From a virus (taxonomy: Duplodnaviria > Caudoviricetes): a stretch of 64,000 nucleotides of DNA. The translations under genes and the position numbers were made by a program. The notes beneath the pieces were generated by a model. The model did no database searches. It saw only the letters and a list, made by a program, of their open reading frames with translations, and was not told where the DNA came from. The stretch is from IMG/VR virus record IMGVR_UViG_3300024284_000001, positions 2,266 to 66,265 of that record; one strand, given 5' to 3'. Numbering within the stretch: the first letter of the stretch is position 1; each line of letters opens with the position of its first letter. Positions 9,864 to 18,550 of this stretch are shown here, in pieces.

Positions 9864-10025
9864 TCAGCTCTTCAGCCTGCCCACGATCCATTCGATGACG
9901 AGAATCAGGACGTAGAGAGAGAACCCCAGCCCACCGTAAGTACCAAGCGTGACGGCCCACGCGGGACCGTGAAACACGGCGAGGATGAGGACGGAAAGAA
10001 CGAAGGCCACTAACGCTTCTACCAT
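9864..10025 (-). CDS. 53-aa two-TM protein (absent from ORF track)
   Basis: Hand translation MVEALVAFVLSVLILAVFHGPAWAVTLGTYGGLGFSLYVLILVIEWIVGRLKS; fills the gap between neighbours exactly. Confidence 0.6.
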   Translation of the reverse strand: MVEALVAFVLSVLILAVFHGPAWAVTLGTYGGLGFSLYVLILVIEWIVGRLKS

Positions 10026-10031
10026 AACGTC

Positions 10032-10226
10032 CTACTTCTTCGCCGCCGCGACTTCGATCGCCTTCGCGAGGTCCAGCGCGATCGGGAACAGGGCCTCGGC
10101 AATGGCGATGTCTTTCGACAGGGTTGACTGATCGGGCGTAAAGGCAGCCTCCGTGTTTTTCACGGCATTGGCTCCTTTCGAAATCGAGTCAAGGATCTTC
10201 AGGATAAGAACAGCGTCCACGATCAT
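10032..10226 (-). CDS. Hypothetical amphipathic protein
   Basis: GGAG SD; ATGA overlap. Confidence 0.55.
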   Translation of the reverse strand: MIVDAVLILKILDSISKGANAVKNTEAAFTPDQSTLSKDIAIAEALFPIALDLAKAIEVAAAKK

Positions 10227-10408
10227 TCTCCTTCTGTGGGATCCGGTTGTTTCGGGTCTTTGATGATGATCTGGTCCAGCTCGGCCTGGAGTTTCTGATC
10301 GGTGAGGCCGTGCTCGTCGAGAAGCCGGGCCATGGCCTCGGGATTGGCGACGCCGAGCGCTAGGAGCTTGTCCACGATGGCGACGCCAGTCGAGAAGAGC
10401 CCGCTCAT
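10223..10408 (-). CDS. Hypothetical protein
   Basis: ATG 10408 (MSGLFSTG) overlaps the upstream stop. Confidence 0.55.
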   Translation of the reverse strand: MSGLFSTGVAIVDKLLALGVANPEAMARLLDEHGLTDQKLQAELDQIIIKDPKQPDPTEGE

Positions 10409-10755
10409 GGCTTCACCGCCAGCGCCTTCAGAAGGCGCTTCGCTCGAGCCTTTTGGAGCGGGTACTTGCCGCCGCGCTTCTGGGCCGTGACCTCTTCTTG
10501 AACCGCGCCCTTCGCCACCTTCAGGGCGGCGTCCCGTTCGTTGCAGTACGGCTGTGGGCCGGCAGGGAGAGGGCTCCCGACATCCGGGCACGCCTCGCTG
10601 TACCGGGCGTTGTGATAGGCGAGCGTGTTCTCGTCGGTCGCGACGGCGGTCTTCGGATCGAAGAAAAGCCTACAGCCAGAAAGAAACGCCGTTCCGCCCA
10701 GTCCGAAAAGGAGGGTTACGACAAGAGTCGTGCGGCGAGCGGAACGGCGGTCCAT
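10405..10755 (-). CDS. Lipoprotein (spanin-like candidate)
   Basis: Basic N-terminus, hydrophobic core and lipobox LSG-C; located in the lysis cluster. Confidence 0.6.
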   Translation of the reverse strand: MDRRSARRTTLVVTLLFGLGGTAFLSGCRLFFDPKTAVATDENTLAYHNARYSEACPDVGSPLPAGPQPYCNERDAALKVAKGAVQEEVTAQKRGGKYPLQKARAKRLLKALAVKP

Positions 10756-10758
10756 GCC

Positions 10759-11178
10759 TTAGCTCTTCTTCAGCTTCTTGACGCCGGCTCCCGCGTCGCC
10801 ACCGAACCCGGTTCCCTCGGGGACCGCCGCGCCAGGCTTGTCGGACTTCCCGAGTAGGAGCTTGATGATCGCGAAGGACTGGGAGAGGTGGGAATCGAGC
10901 TGGGAGAGAAGATCGTCCCGCGTTGCTACACCAGAGACCGGAGCATCCAGCTTCGCCTGGAGGTACGACTGCGCGATCGTTCCCGCCTCTTCCGGAGACC
11001 CAGCACTGGCGATGGCGTCGAGTACCTCACCGGCGAGGGCCGTGGGGTTGTAGCCGGGGTACTTGTTGAAAACCGCCAGGACAGTCGCCGGCTCGCCGGT
11101 CGCCTGAGCGTCGTGGGTATGAAGATACGTCATGTACTCGGAAACTCGAGGATCACTGATCGGGTTGATGGCACTCAT
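10759..11178 (-). CDS. Hypothetical protein
   Basis: 139-aa ORF tightly packed in the operon. Confidence 0.55.
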   Translation of the reverse strand: MSAINPISDPRVSEYMTYLHTHDAQATGEPATVLAVFNKYPGYNPTALAGEVLDAIASAGSPEEAGTIAQSYLQAKLDAPVSGVATRDDLLSQLDSHLSQSFAIIKLLLGKSDKPGAAVPEGTGFGGDAGAGVKKLKKS

Positions 11179-11228
11179 TTCATTTCACCTTTCTGTACGT
11201 CCGGGTGTCCCGGAACGTGGTTCGTTGC

Positions 11229-11468
11229 TTACCAAGCTCGTCCGTTCCACTTGTAGATGTACGAGGCCCTCTCGTGCTCTTGGGCGCAGCCGAAGCCACA
11301 CCCAACGAAGAAGGCCCCGAGAATGGTCGTGCCGATGAGAAGCCGACGCCGAAAGGTACCGCCCGTTGTAATGACCCGATACACCGCCCATCCCGACACG
11401 ATGAACGCCGTAAGCACCGTCAGGTGCCATAGAGTCCATCCGGCGGCGTCGAGAAGGACTTCGGTCAC
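11229..11468 (-). CDS. Two-TM membrane protein
   Basis: GTG 11468 overlaps the LamG gene stop; two hydrophobic helices. Confidence 0.5.
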   Translation of the reverse strand: MTEVLLDAAGWTLWHLTVLTAFIVSGWAVYRVITTGGTFRRRLLIGTTILGAFFVGCGFGCAQEHERASYIYKWNGRAW

Positions 11469-12190
11469 GACGGTCCCATCCGCCACATGGCAGTTCCGTT
11501 CTCGCCGGTTGAGCCCCTGGTCAGCGTGAGGGGGTTGTTCGCGCCCGCGAAGGCGTGAACGACATCGCCATGGCCTTCGTACAGGTGCCATGCGACCTGC
11601 AATCCGGAATTGAACGGGGCGAGACTTCCGGTCCACGGATAGGCCCTCCCGGCGTTATAGACCGCCAGAACTTCTGCCGCCGATAGAGCACGGTCGAAGA
11701 CCGCGCACATCGAGATGTAGCCGAAGTAGTTATTGGCATTCACTCCCTGCGTGAGCTTCGTGATGCCCATGCCGTTGAGCGACGTGTAGGCGCCAACGGA
11801 GTTTCCGGCGTCCACGCCGTCTATGTACGACCTGAGGGCGACGCCGTCGTCCGTGGTCGCGATGAGATGCCACCCGCTGTCGGTGGCCGGAAGGTTCGTC
11901 GTCGAGATCAGCACGCGGGTGCCGGCGAGAATGACGGTGAGCTTGTTCGCGTTGCCGCCGTCGCCGTAATACCACTGCGTGTCTGGCCCCGAGCCCGCGA
12001 ACCAAAGCGGGCTGTAGTTACTGAGGCTAGGTCCGGTGAAGAAATACCACCCAATGAGCGAGGAGTTTGCGCCCAGGGTGATCGTCGAGCCGAGGACGAG
12101 CGCGTCTGTCTGCGCCGAGATGAGGACACTCGGGGCCGGGAGATCGGCCACGGCGAGCGGAGACGTGAAGGAGGAGATAACCTTTGTCAT
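11465..12190 (-). CDS. LamG/concanavalin A-like domain virion protein
   Basis: WHLIATT...LRSYIDGV...YFGYISMCAVFDRALSAAEVLAVY is a Laminin_G_3-like signature. Confidence 0.85.
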   Translation of the reverse strand: MTKVISSFTSPLAVADLPAPSVLISAQTDALVLGSTITLGANSSLIGWYFFTGPSLSNYSPLWFAGSGPDTQWYYGDGGNANKLTVILAGTRVLISTTNLPATDSGWHLIATTDDGVALRSYIDGVDAGNSVGAYTSLNGMGITKLTQGVNANNYFGYISMCAVFDRALSAAEVLAVYNAGRAYPWTGSLAPFNSGLQVAWHLYEGHGDVVHAFAGANNPLTLTRGSTGENGTAMWRMGPS

Positions 12191-12198
12191 TTACGTCC

Positions 12199-12735
12199 TC
12201 ACGCTGCGGTCCATGATCCCTGTCCTCCGCCAGCGAACCACACGACGCCGTTCGAATAGACCTGGATGAAGTCGCCCTGGGCATTCGAGGTCAGCGTGCC
12301 GCCTGCGCTCGAGACGGAGCCATCTATGCGGATGAGATCGGTCCCCGCCGCGTCGATGACCACCGTGTGGTTGTCGGCCACGTAGAAGCTGTACGCGAGC
12401 CCAGAAGCCACGGCCGGAAGCGAGAAGGTGATCGTCCCGGACGATCCGGTATTCGTGAAGAGCTTGCCCGAGTCTCCGGCGACGACCGGATAGCTCGCGG
12501 TCTTGGCCGAGGGAACGACCTTACCGAGGATGCCGCCCGCTGCGGTGAAGATGTGCGTCGTATTGTTGAAGCTGAAGTTCGCGTTGTCCTGGGCGAGCAC
12601 TCCGCCCTGCGCGAAAATCACCGAGCCATCGGTGAATGTCGTTGACGTTCCCGGCCCAATGGTTCCGCCTCCACTGCCCCCGGCACCACCATCGAGTCGC
12701 ACGGCCACCGTGTCTAGCTGTTGGGCGTAAGCCAC
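12199..12735 (-). CDS. Tail fibre-like structural protein
   Basis: GGAGG SD plus GTG; AKTASYPVVAGDSGKLFTN...ITFSLPA segment typical of phage fibre/tip domains. Confidence 0.6.
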   Translation of the reverse strand: MAYAQQLDTVAVRLDGGAGGSGGGTIGPGTSTTFTDGSVIFAQGGVLAQDNANFSFNNTTHIFTAAGGILGKVVPSAKTASYPVVAGDSGKLFTNTGSSGTITFSLPAVASGLAYSFYVADNHTVVIDAAGTDLIRIDGSVSSAGGTLTSNAQGDFIQVYSNGVVWFAGGGQGSWTAA

Positions 12736-12929
12736 GAGTCCTCCATCGGAAGTCTCTCGACGAGCTTGAGCGCGAATTCACGCTCACCCGTCATCGCTAG
12801 CGATTCGTAGGTTTCGAAGAGTGTACGGGCGGAGTTCTCGAATGCCCGTCGTACGCCAACGCGTCTCTGCCGCTCCGGGTCGATGATTTCGTTGACGAGC
12901 GGCATCTCGATCACTTTCTCCGCGCTCAC
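12714..12929 (-). CDS. Hypothetical protein
   Basis: 71 aa downstream of terL. Confidence 0.5.
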   Translation of the reverse strand: MSAEKVIEMPLVNEIIDPERQRRVGVRRAFENSARTLFETYESLAMTGEREFALKLVERLPMEDSWLTPNS

Positions 12930-12964
12930 GACTCGAATCCGAAGATGATGTTCATCAGGCTCTC

Positions 12965-14449
12965 CTAAGCCACACGCCGAGGCCGTCCACGGAAATCGAT
13001 CGGTCGATCCTGGGCGGCATTGGCATATTTCTTCTGGGCCATCTGGTACTGAAGGGCGCGGAAGGTGGGGTCCTTGGCCGTGACGAAGTTCCTGATCTTC
13101 TCCTCCACGGGCTCGTCGATCTCGCGCGGTACCGACTTAATGCCGTAGCGGGCGGAATCGACTCCGTCGTCGCCGTCCACCTTGAGGTAGTCGTCCGGGT
13201 CATCAGGATCGATGACCATCTCGGGGAGCCTCTTGATGAGGTTGAAGCAGCGCGGATTGATCTTCCACTGTCCCTGCGTGAGGAGCTGGTGCATCAGCCG
13301 GGCACCGCCCTTGCGGTCATTGTCGGCGGGTACGGCGGCGGGAATCCCACTCTTGGCGAAGACCTCGTTCATCTCAATGGCGATCGTGCGGGGCGAGGTC
13401 TTCTTGGCGAAGGCGTCGGGGCCGAGGAAGACGGTTCGGATCTTCTCGTCACCCGTCAGCTCGACGATCCGCTGGGCGAGCTGGTAGGGCTCGAGGTTGT
13501 TGACGATGAGTTCGCGGTAGGTGTAGGTCACGCCGCTGACGTAGACGTGCCAGTGGATCGCCGCGTCGTGGGTGAAGCCCCAGTCTCCGCTGATCCAGCG
13601 ATAGGCCCAGGGCGAGAACTCGAGGGTCTTGGGGTCGTAGGTGTCCTTGTCCTCGTGGAAGTTCTCGAAGTAGGCGCCAGAGATCGCGTCCCAGGAACCC
13701 TCGAGAAGCTGAGCCTTGAGCTTCTCGTTCATCGCGTTCAGGTTTTCGAGGTAGAAGGGGTCGTTCTCGAGAAGGTGATGGTTGTCGGTAGTCTTCGCCG
13801 GGATGAACGCGTAGTTCTCGGGCTTATAGGCCCGCACCGGCATACCAGCCGGAGGCTCTTTGGTTACAAAGAGAGCTTTACACCAACTTACTCCTCTCCC
13901 TTGAGGATTTGTGGCGGCCACCATATTCGGGTCCCGCCATTCGCTCTTGATGCTCGAGCGGTTACGGGTAGTGAGGAACTCCCACATCCGGTAATGAGGG
14001 AGGGTGTCCGTCACCTCGTCGATCGCGATGACCCCGTACTCGTCCGTCTTGTAGTCGAGAAGGGCCGTCTCGTTCTCAACATGCCCGAATCGGAGGGTGG
14101 ACCCGTTGAAGAAGGTCGCCGTCTGGTGCTGGACGTTGAAGGTGAAAACCTTGTTGTCGGGGTTGCCGATCGTCGCCAAAAAGCGGTCCCGGATGATCTG
14201 CTGAAGGTCCGGATTGTTTTTACGGAGGAAGAGGGCCTTCCAGCCGGGCGTCGCTAGGCACTGGGCCACGACTTCCTGAACTAGAGTTACGGTTTTCCCT
14301 CCGCCCAAAGCGCCTCCGTAAAGCCTGTACCTGCAAGGGTTTGTGTGGAATTCGATCTGCTTCGGGAGGGGTTTGTACCAGGTCTGCCCAACCTGCACGG
14401 GCGCCTGTTTCGCTTGGCGGCTACGGGCGGACGCTCGCGGTTTCGCCAT
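12965..14449 (-). CDS. terL: Terminase large subunit
   Basis: Q motif (PLPKQIEFH), Walker A GGALGGGKT, Walker B IAIDE, ATNP coupling motif, RNase H-like SGDWG and DDGVDSARY. Confidence 0.95.
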   Translation of the reverse strand: MAKPRASARSRQAKQAPVQVGQTWYKPLPKQIEFHTNPCRYRLYGGALGGGKTVTLVQEVVAQCLATPGWKALFLRKNNPDLQQIIRDRFLATIGNPDNKVFTFNVQHQTATFFNGSTLRFGHVENETALLDYKTDEYGVIAIDEVTDTLPHYRMWEFLTTRNRSSIKSEWRDPNMVAATNPQGRGVSWCKALFVTKEPPAGMPVRAYKPENYAFIPAKTTDNHHLLENDPFYLENLNAMNEKLKAQLLEGSWDAISGAYFENFHEDKDTYDPKTLEFSPWAYRWISGDWGFTHDAAIHWHVYVSGVTYTYRELIVNNLEPYQLAQRIVELTGDEKIRTVFLGPDAFAKKTSPRTIAIEMNEVFAKSGIPAAVPADNDRKGGARLMHQLLTQGQWKINPRCFNLIKRLPEMVIDPDDPDDYLKVDGDDGVDSARYGIKSVPREIDEPVEEKIRNFVTAKDPTFRALQYQMAQKKYANAAQDRPIDFRGRPRRVA

Positions 14450-14507
14450 TCTGAGCGGCAAGGGGATCAGCTTTTCGACGAGCCCGCAAGAAAAGTCGGT
14501 GTTTTAC

Positions 14508-14536
14508 CTGACAAACGCGTTTTCGGGGACTATATT
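14508..14536 (+). promoter_or_regulatory. Sigma70-type promoter with palindromic operator-like site
   Basis: CTGACA-17-TATATT; AAACGCGTTT at 14513-14522. Confidence 0.7.
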
Positions 14537-14542
14537 CAACCT

Positions 14543-15012
14543 GATGACCAGGCAGGGCTTTCCCTTCGCGGTGGTATGGGGCCACCGTTCGGTCTCCCGC
14601 CCCGTGAACGTCCTGGAATCTCGTGTTGAGGGTGGCGGCGTCGCCGACCCCGTGCCCGCGTCAGAGGTAGGAACAACGCCTTTCGGCGCACCGCATGGAC
14701 CGGGATGGAAGCCCTACACCAGCGCCCGGAATTTTCCTGACGGAGAGGCCAGCCCCATTCTTTTCTTGAGACTGCGAGTTCCGGCTGACGCCGGGCCGAG
14801 CTTCGTTCTCCCCGGATACCAAGCTCGAGCGGAAGGACCGTTCGGCGTTGCCGCCGAGTCCGAGACGATTCACGGCAGCAGCCTAAACCGATGATGCTAC
14901 GATTTCAAGCGCGTCCGGGACGTTCACACATCGCCTCGGCGATGGTTCAGCGGCGCGGCCCCGGAGGTTTCGGCGACCTGACGGCGTCGGAGCTTCCGGG
15001 GCTTCCTTTTTT
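14543..15012 (+). ncRNA. Candidate large structured ncRNA or leader (~470 nt)
   Basis: Lies between promoter and terminator; 14-bp long-range helix 14604-14617/14914-14927; many hairpins; no convincing CDS. Strand not certain. Confidence 0.5.
14958..15012 (+). terminator. Intrinsic terminator-like stem with large loop
   Basis: gccccggagg/cttccggggc 10 bp followed by ttcctttttt. Confidence 0.65.
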
Positions 15013-15039
15013 GAAGCCGAAACCCCCCGAAAGGAGAAA

Positions 15040-15870
15040 ATGAGGCCCATGGAAGACTTCAAGGAATCCCCGATCGTAGGCGCGGACACGGCCCTGGCGA
15101 AGAAGAGCGGGGACGAGATCGACCTGGCGATCAAACGCATGGAGAAGCTCGCCGAGGGCATGTCCCGTTTCCGGACGGCCTTCGTCTCCCAGACCGTCCC
15201 CTCAGACTGGGCGGTTTTCGGCAAGCAAGCCTACCTGGAGGGCGACGGGGCGATGCGGGTGGCCCCCCTCCTCGGGCTCGACGTCTCGAATGTCCAGAAG
15301 ACGAAGGAGTACGACGAGAAGACCGAGGTGACGTCCATCACCGTGACCCTCGACGCCTACTCCCGGACCCTCGATCTTCGACTCGAGGCCGTCTCGAGGA
15401 GCGCCAAGGACGACGAGGACTACCTGAAGGGGAAGAAGCCGAAGGCGGACATCGAGGACGTGCGGTCGGCCGCCTACACCCGTGCCCTCGCCACCGCCGT
15501 TCAGAAGCTCGCGGGGCTCGGTGGCCTTACCCCCGAGGAGCTGACCTCTCGGTACGGCATGAAGCTCTCGGGCGATCAGAAGGTCGAGTTCCGGACGGGG
15601 GCTTCGGATGCGAAGAAGGCGGATCGGGAGGCGGGGGCGGCTGGAGTCACCGAGATCCAGAAGATCCTTTTCAAGATTAGTAACGGCGAGTCAGACGTGG
15701 CGGCCGACATCCTCCAGGGGCTCACCGTGAACAAGGAGAAGGGTTGGGCCGGAAAGCGCAATCCGCTTGATCTCACCGAGAAGGGCGTCGCCTTCGTCCT
15801 ACCGAAACTCAAGCAGAAGGAGAAGGAGTTCGACGAGGCGCTTGCGAAGATGGAGGGCGGTGTCGAATGA
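15040..15870 (+). CDS. Hypothetical protein, possible ssDNA-annealing/recombination protein
   Basis: AGGAG SD; first gene of an operon containing an exonuclease and RusA. Function inferred from context only. Confidence 0.4.
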   Translation: MRPMEDFKESPIVGADTALAKKSGDEIDLAIKRMEKLAEGMSRFRTAFVSQTVPSDWAVFGKQAYLEGDGAMRVAPLLGLDVSNVQKTKEYDEKTEVTSITVTLDAYSRTLDLRLEAVSRSAKDDEDYLKGKKPKADIEDVRSAAYTRALATAVQKLAGLGGLTPEELTSRYGMKLSGDQKVEFRTGASDAKKADREAGAAGVTEIQKILFKISNGESDVAADILQGLTVNKEKGWAGKRNPLDLTEKGVAFVLPKLKQKEKEFDEALAKMEGGVE

Positions 15871-16154
15871 ACGGGTTCCCTCGGGACAGCTTCGGTGACC
15901 TTCCCCGTACCGAGCGCGTCCCATCCGCCGCACACCTGATAACCGATGGCGCCGGGCCGATCCCCTGGGTCTGGAGCGGGAGCGGCGAGCAGAGCGTCCA
16001 TTGCGTGCGAAAGGGTTGCACCGGCTACTTCCTGCGCGTCATCGACGCCCAACTCTCACCGGGGTCTCCTAGCTACTACAGTGACACGCATCCCGATCCG
16101 ATCGGCCCAGGTGGCGCTGTACCGCCCTGCCCCGACCAGCAGGTGGACTTTTAA
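15867..16154 (+). CDS. Hypothetical protein
   Basis: ATGA overlap; fits the operon. Confidence 0.5.
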   Translation: MNGFPRDSFGDLPRTERVPSAAHLITDGAGPIPWVWSGSGEQSVHCVRKGCTGYFLRVIDAQLSPGSPSYYSDTHPDPIGPGGAVPPCPDQQVDF

Positions 16155-16429
16155 TGAGTCGCTCCATCTGGAAATACCCCGTCAGCATCGAGGACGAGTT
16201 CGAAGTCCAGATGCCCTGCGGTAGCCAAATCCTCTCGGTCCAGGTCCAGGGAGACCAGCCGTTCTTCTGGGCCAGCGTCGAGAAGGACAATGACCTCCGC
16301 AAGAGACGATTCGCCGTGCGTGGGACCGGGCATCCAACAGACGACGTCGCTACCTCCGCGTTCATCGGAACCTTCCAGCTCCACGCCGGCCAACTTGTTT
16401 TCCACCTCTTCGATCGAGGGCCAGTATGA
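16154..16429 (+). CDS. Conserved small phage protein
   Basis: IWKYP...ILSVQVQ...W...RRF...GTGH...GTFQL...LVFHLF pattern familiar from many phages. Confidence 0.7.
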   Translation: MSRSIWKYPVSIEDEFEVQMPCGSQILSVQVQGDQPFFWASVEKDNDLRKRRFAVRGTGHPTDDVATSAFIGTFQLHAGQLVFHLFDRGPV

Positions 16430-17400
16430 CCCCCGCCGAATCCCTAGACGCCGCCATCACCACCCACTTCGAACAACAGCGCCACATCCGCGCCCAGTAC
16501 ACGAACAGGGTTTCCCAGGCCGGGATGGCGCTCGAATGCCAGCGCAGAGCCCAATGGGCGCGCACCCACTGGCAAGACGCCACTCTCCCCGACGTCTCAT
16601 TGCAACGCAGATACACCCTCGGGAACATCTTCGAGCCGGCCATCGTCAAGATGCTGACGGACTCCGGAGTCCCAGTCATCCAACAGCAGCGAGACCTTTC
16701 GTGGCCCGAGTTCCAGCTCACCGGGCACATCGACGGCGTGGTCCTGATCGAGAACGAACAGATCGTCCTCGAGATCAAGTCCGCTTCCCGCTTCTCTTTC
16801 GAGAAGATCCGGAAGGTCGGGAACGCCACCGGCCTCCTGATGGATCCTCGGGCCTACATCCGAGGCTACGTCGTTCAGGCTGCGCTCTACGCCCTCCTGA
16901 TGGGGCTGAAGCGAGCGCTTGTGGTGTTTTGCAGCAAGGACTCCGGCGAGACACACACGATCGAGGTGAGCCTCGACGAACCGGCGGTCCTGGACGTCGC
17001 CGAGAAAGCTCTGAAGCGGTTCGAAAAGATCAACGCCGCCATCGCCGCCAAGGAAGACCTGCCGCCGGAGCCCGGTCCCTATTGCAAGGAATGCCCCTTC
17101 CTGGGGCTCTGCGCGCCGCCTCTGTCCTTCGCCTCGGCCGGCGGGATCGTGGAGGACCCGGCGGCGGAACTGGACCTCACGCGGCGTGCCGAGCTTCTCC
17201 CCGCCCATCAAGAGTTCGAGGCGATCGACGAACGGATGAAGAAGCGGTTCGACCAGGCTGGGTCCTTCATCCTCGGCAAATGGACGGTGGTCGTCCGGAC
17301 TCAGGAGAAGACTTACTACGATGTGCCGAAGGACCAGAAGGAAAGATTTGCGAAGAAACGTTTCGACCTGAGGCGGGAGTATGTGGCCCCATCTGAGTAA
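16426..17400 (+). CDS. Cas4-like PD-(D/E)XK exonuclease
   Basis: GHIDG...LEIKS, QAALY, and 1+3 Cys pattern (ECQR ... CKECPFLGLC). Confidence 0.85.
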   Translation: MTPAESLDAAITTHFEQQRHIRAQYTNRVSQAGMALECQRRAQWARTHWQDATLPDVSLQRRYTLGNIFEPAIVKMLTDSGVPVIQQQRDLSWPEFQLTGHIDGVVLIENEQIVLEIKSASRFSFEKIRKVGNATGLLMDPRAYIRGYVVQAALYALLMGLKRALVVFCSKDSGETHTIEVSLDEPAVLDVAEKALKRFEKINAAIAAKEDLPPEPGPYCKECPFLGLCAPPLSFASAGGIVEDPAAELDLTRRAELLPAHQEFEAIDERMKKRFDQAGSFILGKWTVVVRTQEKTYYDVPKDQKERFAKKRFDLRREYVAPSE

Positions 17401-17575
17401 CGACGACGTCCCCTACGCCCGCGAGTACATCGCCCAGCTCGAGGAGGCCGTCAACATCGCGAGAGAGCGGGTGGAGTCGGCGCGACTGGACCTGAGCGAA
17501 GCGACCCAGGAGCTTGACGCCGCCCGTGAACGGCTGGCTATCGCCCAGCGGTTTGAGGAGGGGGCTCCGGTATGA
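17381..17575 (+). CDS. Small coiled-coil protein
   Basis: Heptad-rich 64 aa. Confidence 0.5.
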   Translation: MWPHLSNDDVPYAREYIAQLEEAVNIARERVESARLDLSEATQELDAARERLAIAQRFEEGAPV

Positions 17576-17850
17576 ACCGCGACGAGTACGCCCTCTATCG
17601 CAAGGAACGGGACTGTCCGTGCGCGAAGCGGTTCATTCGCCTTGGCCCCGAGCCAACCGAGGAGCCGGGCACCGGCTGTTCCACCTGCCACAACACCGGG
17701 GAGATGCGGATTCTGGTAACGATGGATCAGCGCCGGACCTGCGAAGAGGGGCTCGCGCATCGCGTATTCGAAGTCGCGAAGATCCCGTGCCCGAGTTGCC
17801 ATGGGCCGGAGCTGATGAAGCTGCTCTCCCCGGAGAGGCGGTTCGCATGA
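17572..17850 (+). CDS. Zn-finger protein
   Basis: CPC, CSTCHNTG and CPSCHG motifs. Confidence 0.6.
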   Translation: MNRDEYALYRKERDCPCAKRFIRLGPEPTEEPGTGCSTCHNTGEMRILVTMDQRRTCEEGLAHRVFEVAKIPCPSCHGPELMKLLSPERRFA

Positions 17851-18347
17851 GCGCCGGAGAACTCCAGACCCTCTGGCTTCCGCAGCGCTTTCCCGGTCTA
17901 AACGAAATTACAAACGCCAATCGGACCCACTGGACGAAGGGCGCGAAGCAGAAAAAGACCCTGACATTCGCCGTCAGCTACAAGGCTCTCGAGGTCGGCC
18001 TGAAGCCAGTGACGAGCGCCGTCGATCTGACGTTCGTCTGGTACGAGCCGAACCAGAAGCGAGACCTCGACAACATCTCGGCCGGTGCCAAGTTTATTTT
18101 GGACGGGCTCGTCAAGGCCAAGATCCTCCCGACCGATGGACAGAAGTGCGTGAGGACAATCCGACACGCCCTGATCGGTGAAGACTTCCGGGATGGCCTC
18201 GTCGGCGTCCGGGTGGAGATTTACGAGCGTTCTCGCGGGTCCGATCTTCCGTGGGAAGTGATCCCGAAACCGGCGGGCGAGCGCGAGTACGTCGTCACCG
18301 TCCCCTCGAATCCGAAACGAGAGATACGCAGAAAGGTGGTTGGCTAA
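17847..18347 (+). CDS. rusA: RusA-family Holliday junction resolvase
   Basis: RDLDN...KFILDGL...TD catalytic Asp pattern; ATG 17847 overlaps the upstream stop. Confidence 0.85.
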   Translation: MSAGELQTLWLPQRFPGLNEITNANRTHWTKGAKQKKTLTFAVSYKALEVGLKPVTSAVDLTFVWYEPNQKRDLDNISAGAKFILDGLVKAKILPTDGQKCVRTIRHALIGEDFRDGLVGVRVEIYERSRGSDLPWEVIPKPAGEREYVVTVPSNPKREIRRKVVG

Positions 18348-18550
18348 TGGAATTCGTGACATTTCAACGCGCCTACGATCGGCGCCCCATCGCCCTGTTG
18401 GCCCGTGACATTCGCGGCGTGCTGGAGATCGATAAGGACGCCACGGTCATGCTCGTCGGCCCAGACGTCACCGTCGAGGGAACTGTCGCGGAGACCGTCA
18501 AGAAGCTTGAAAAAGCTTACGAGCCCATCGGGCGCATCAAGGCGGATTGA
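18347..18550 (+). CDS. Hypothetical protein
   Basis: TAATG coupling; 67 aa. Confidence 0.55.
   Translation: MEFVTFQRAYDRRPIALLARDIRGVLEIDKDATVMLVGPDVTVEGTVAETVKKLEKAYEPIGRIKAD

Noticed and set aside
14850-14895. tmRNA tag (…GCA GCA GCC TAA) in the large non-coding region
   Set aside because: No tRNA-like 5'/3' ends (GGGG..., T arm plus CCA) and no typical resume codon context were found.
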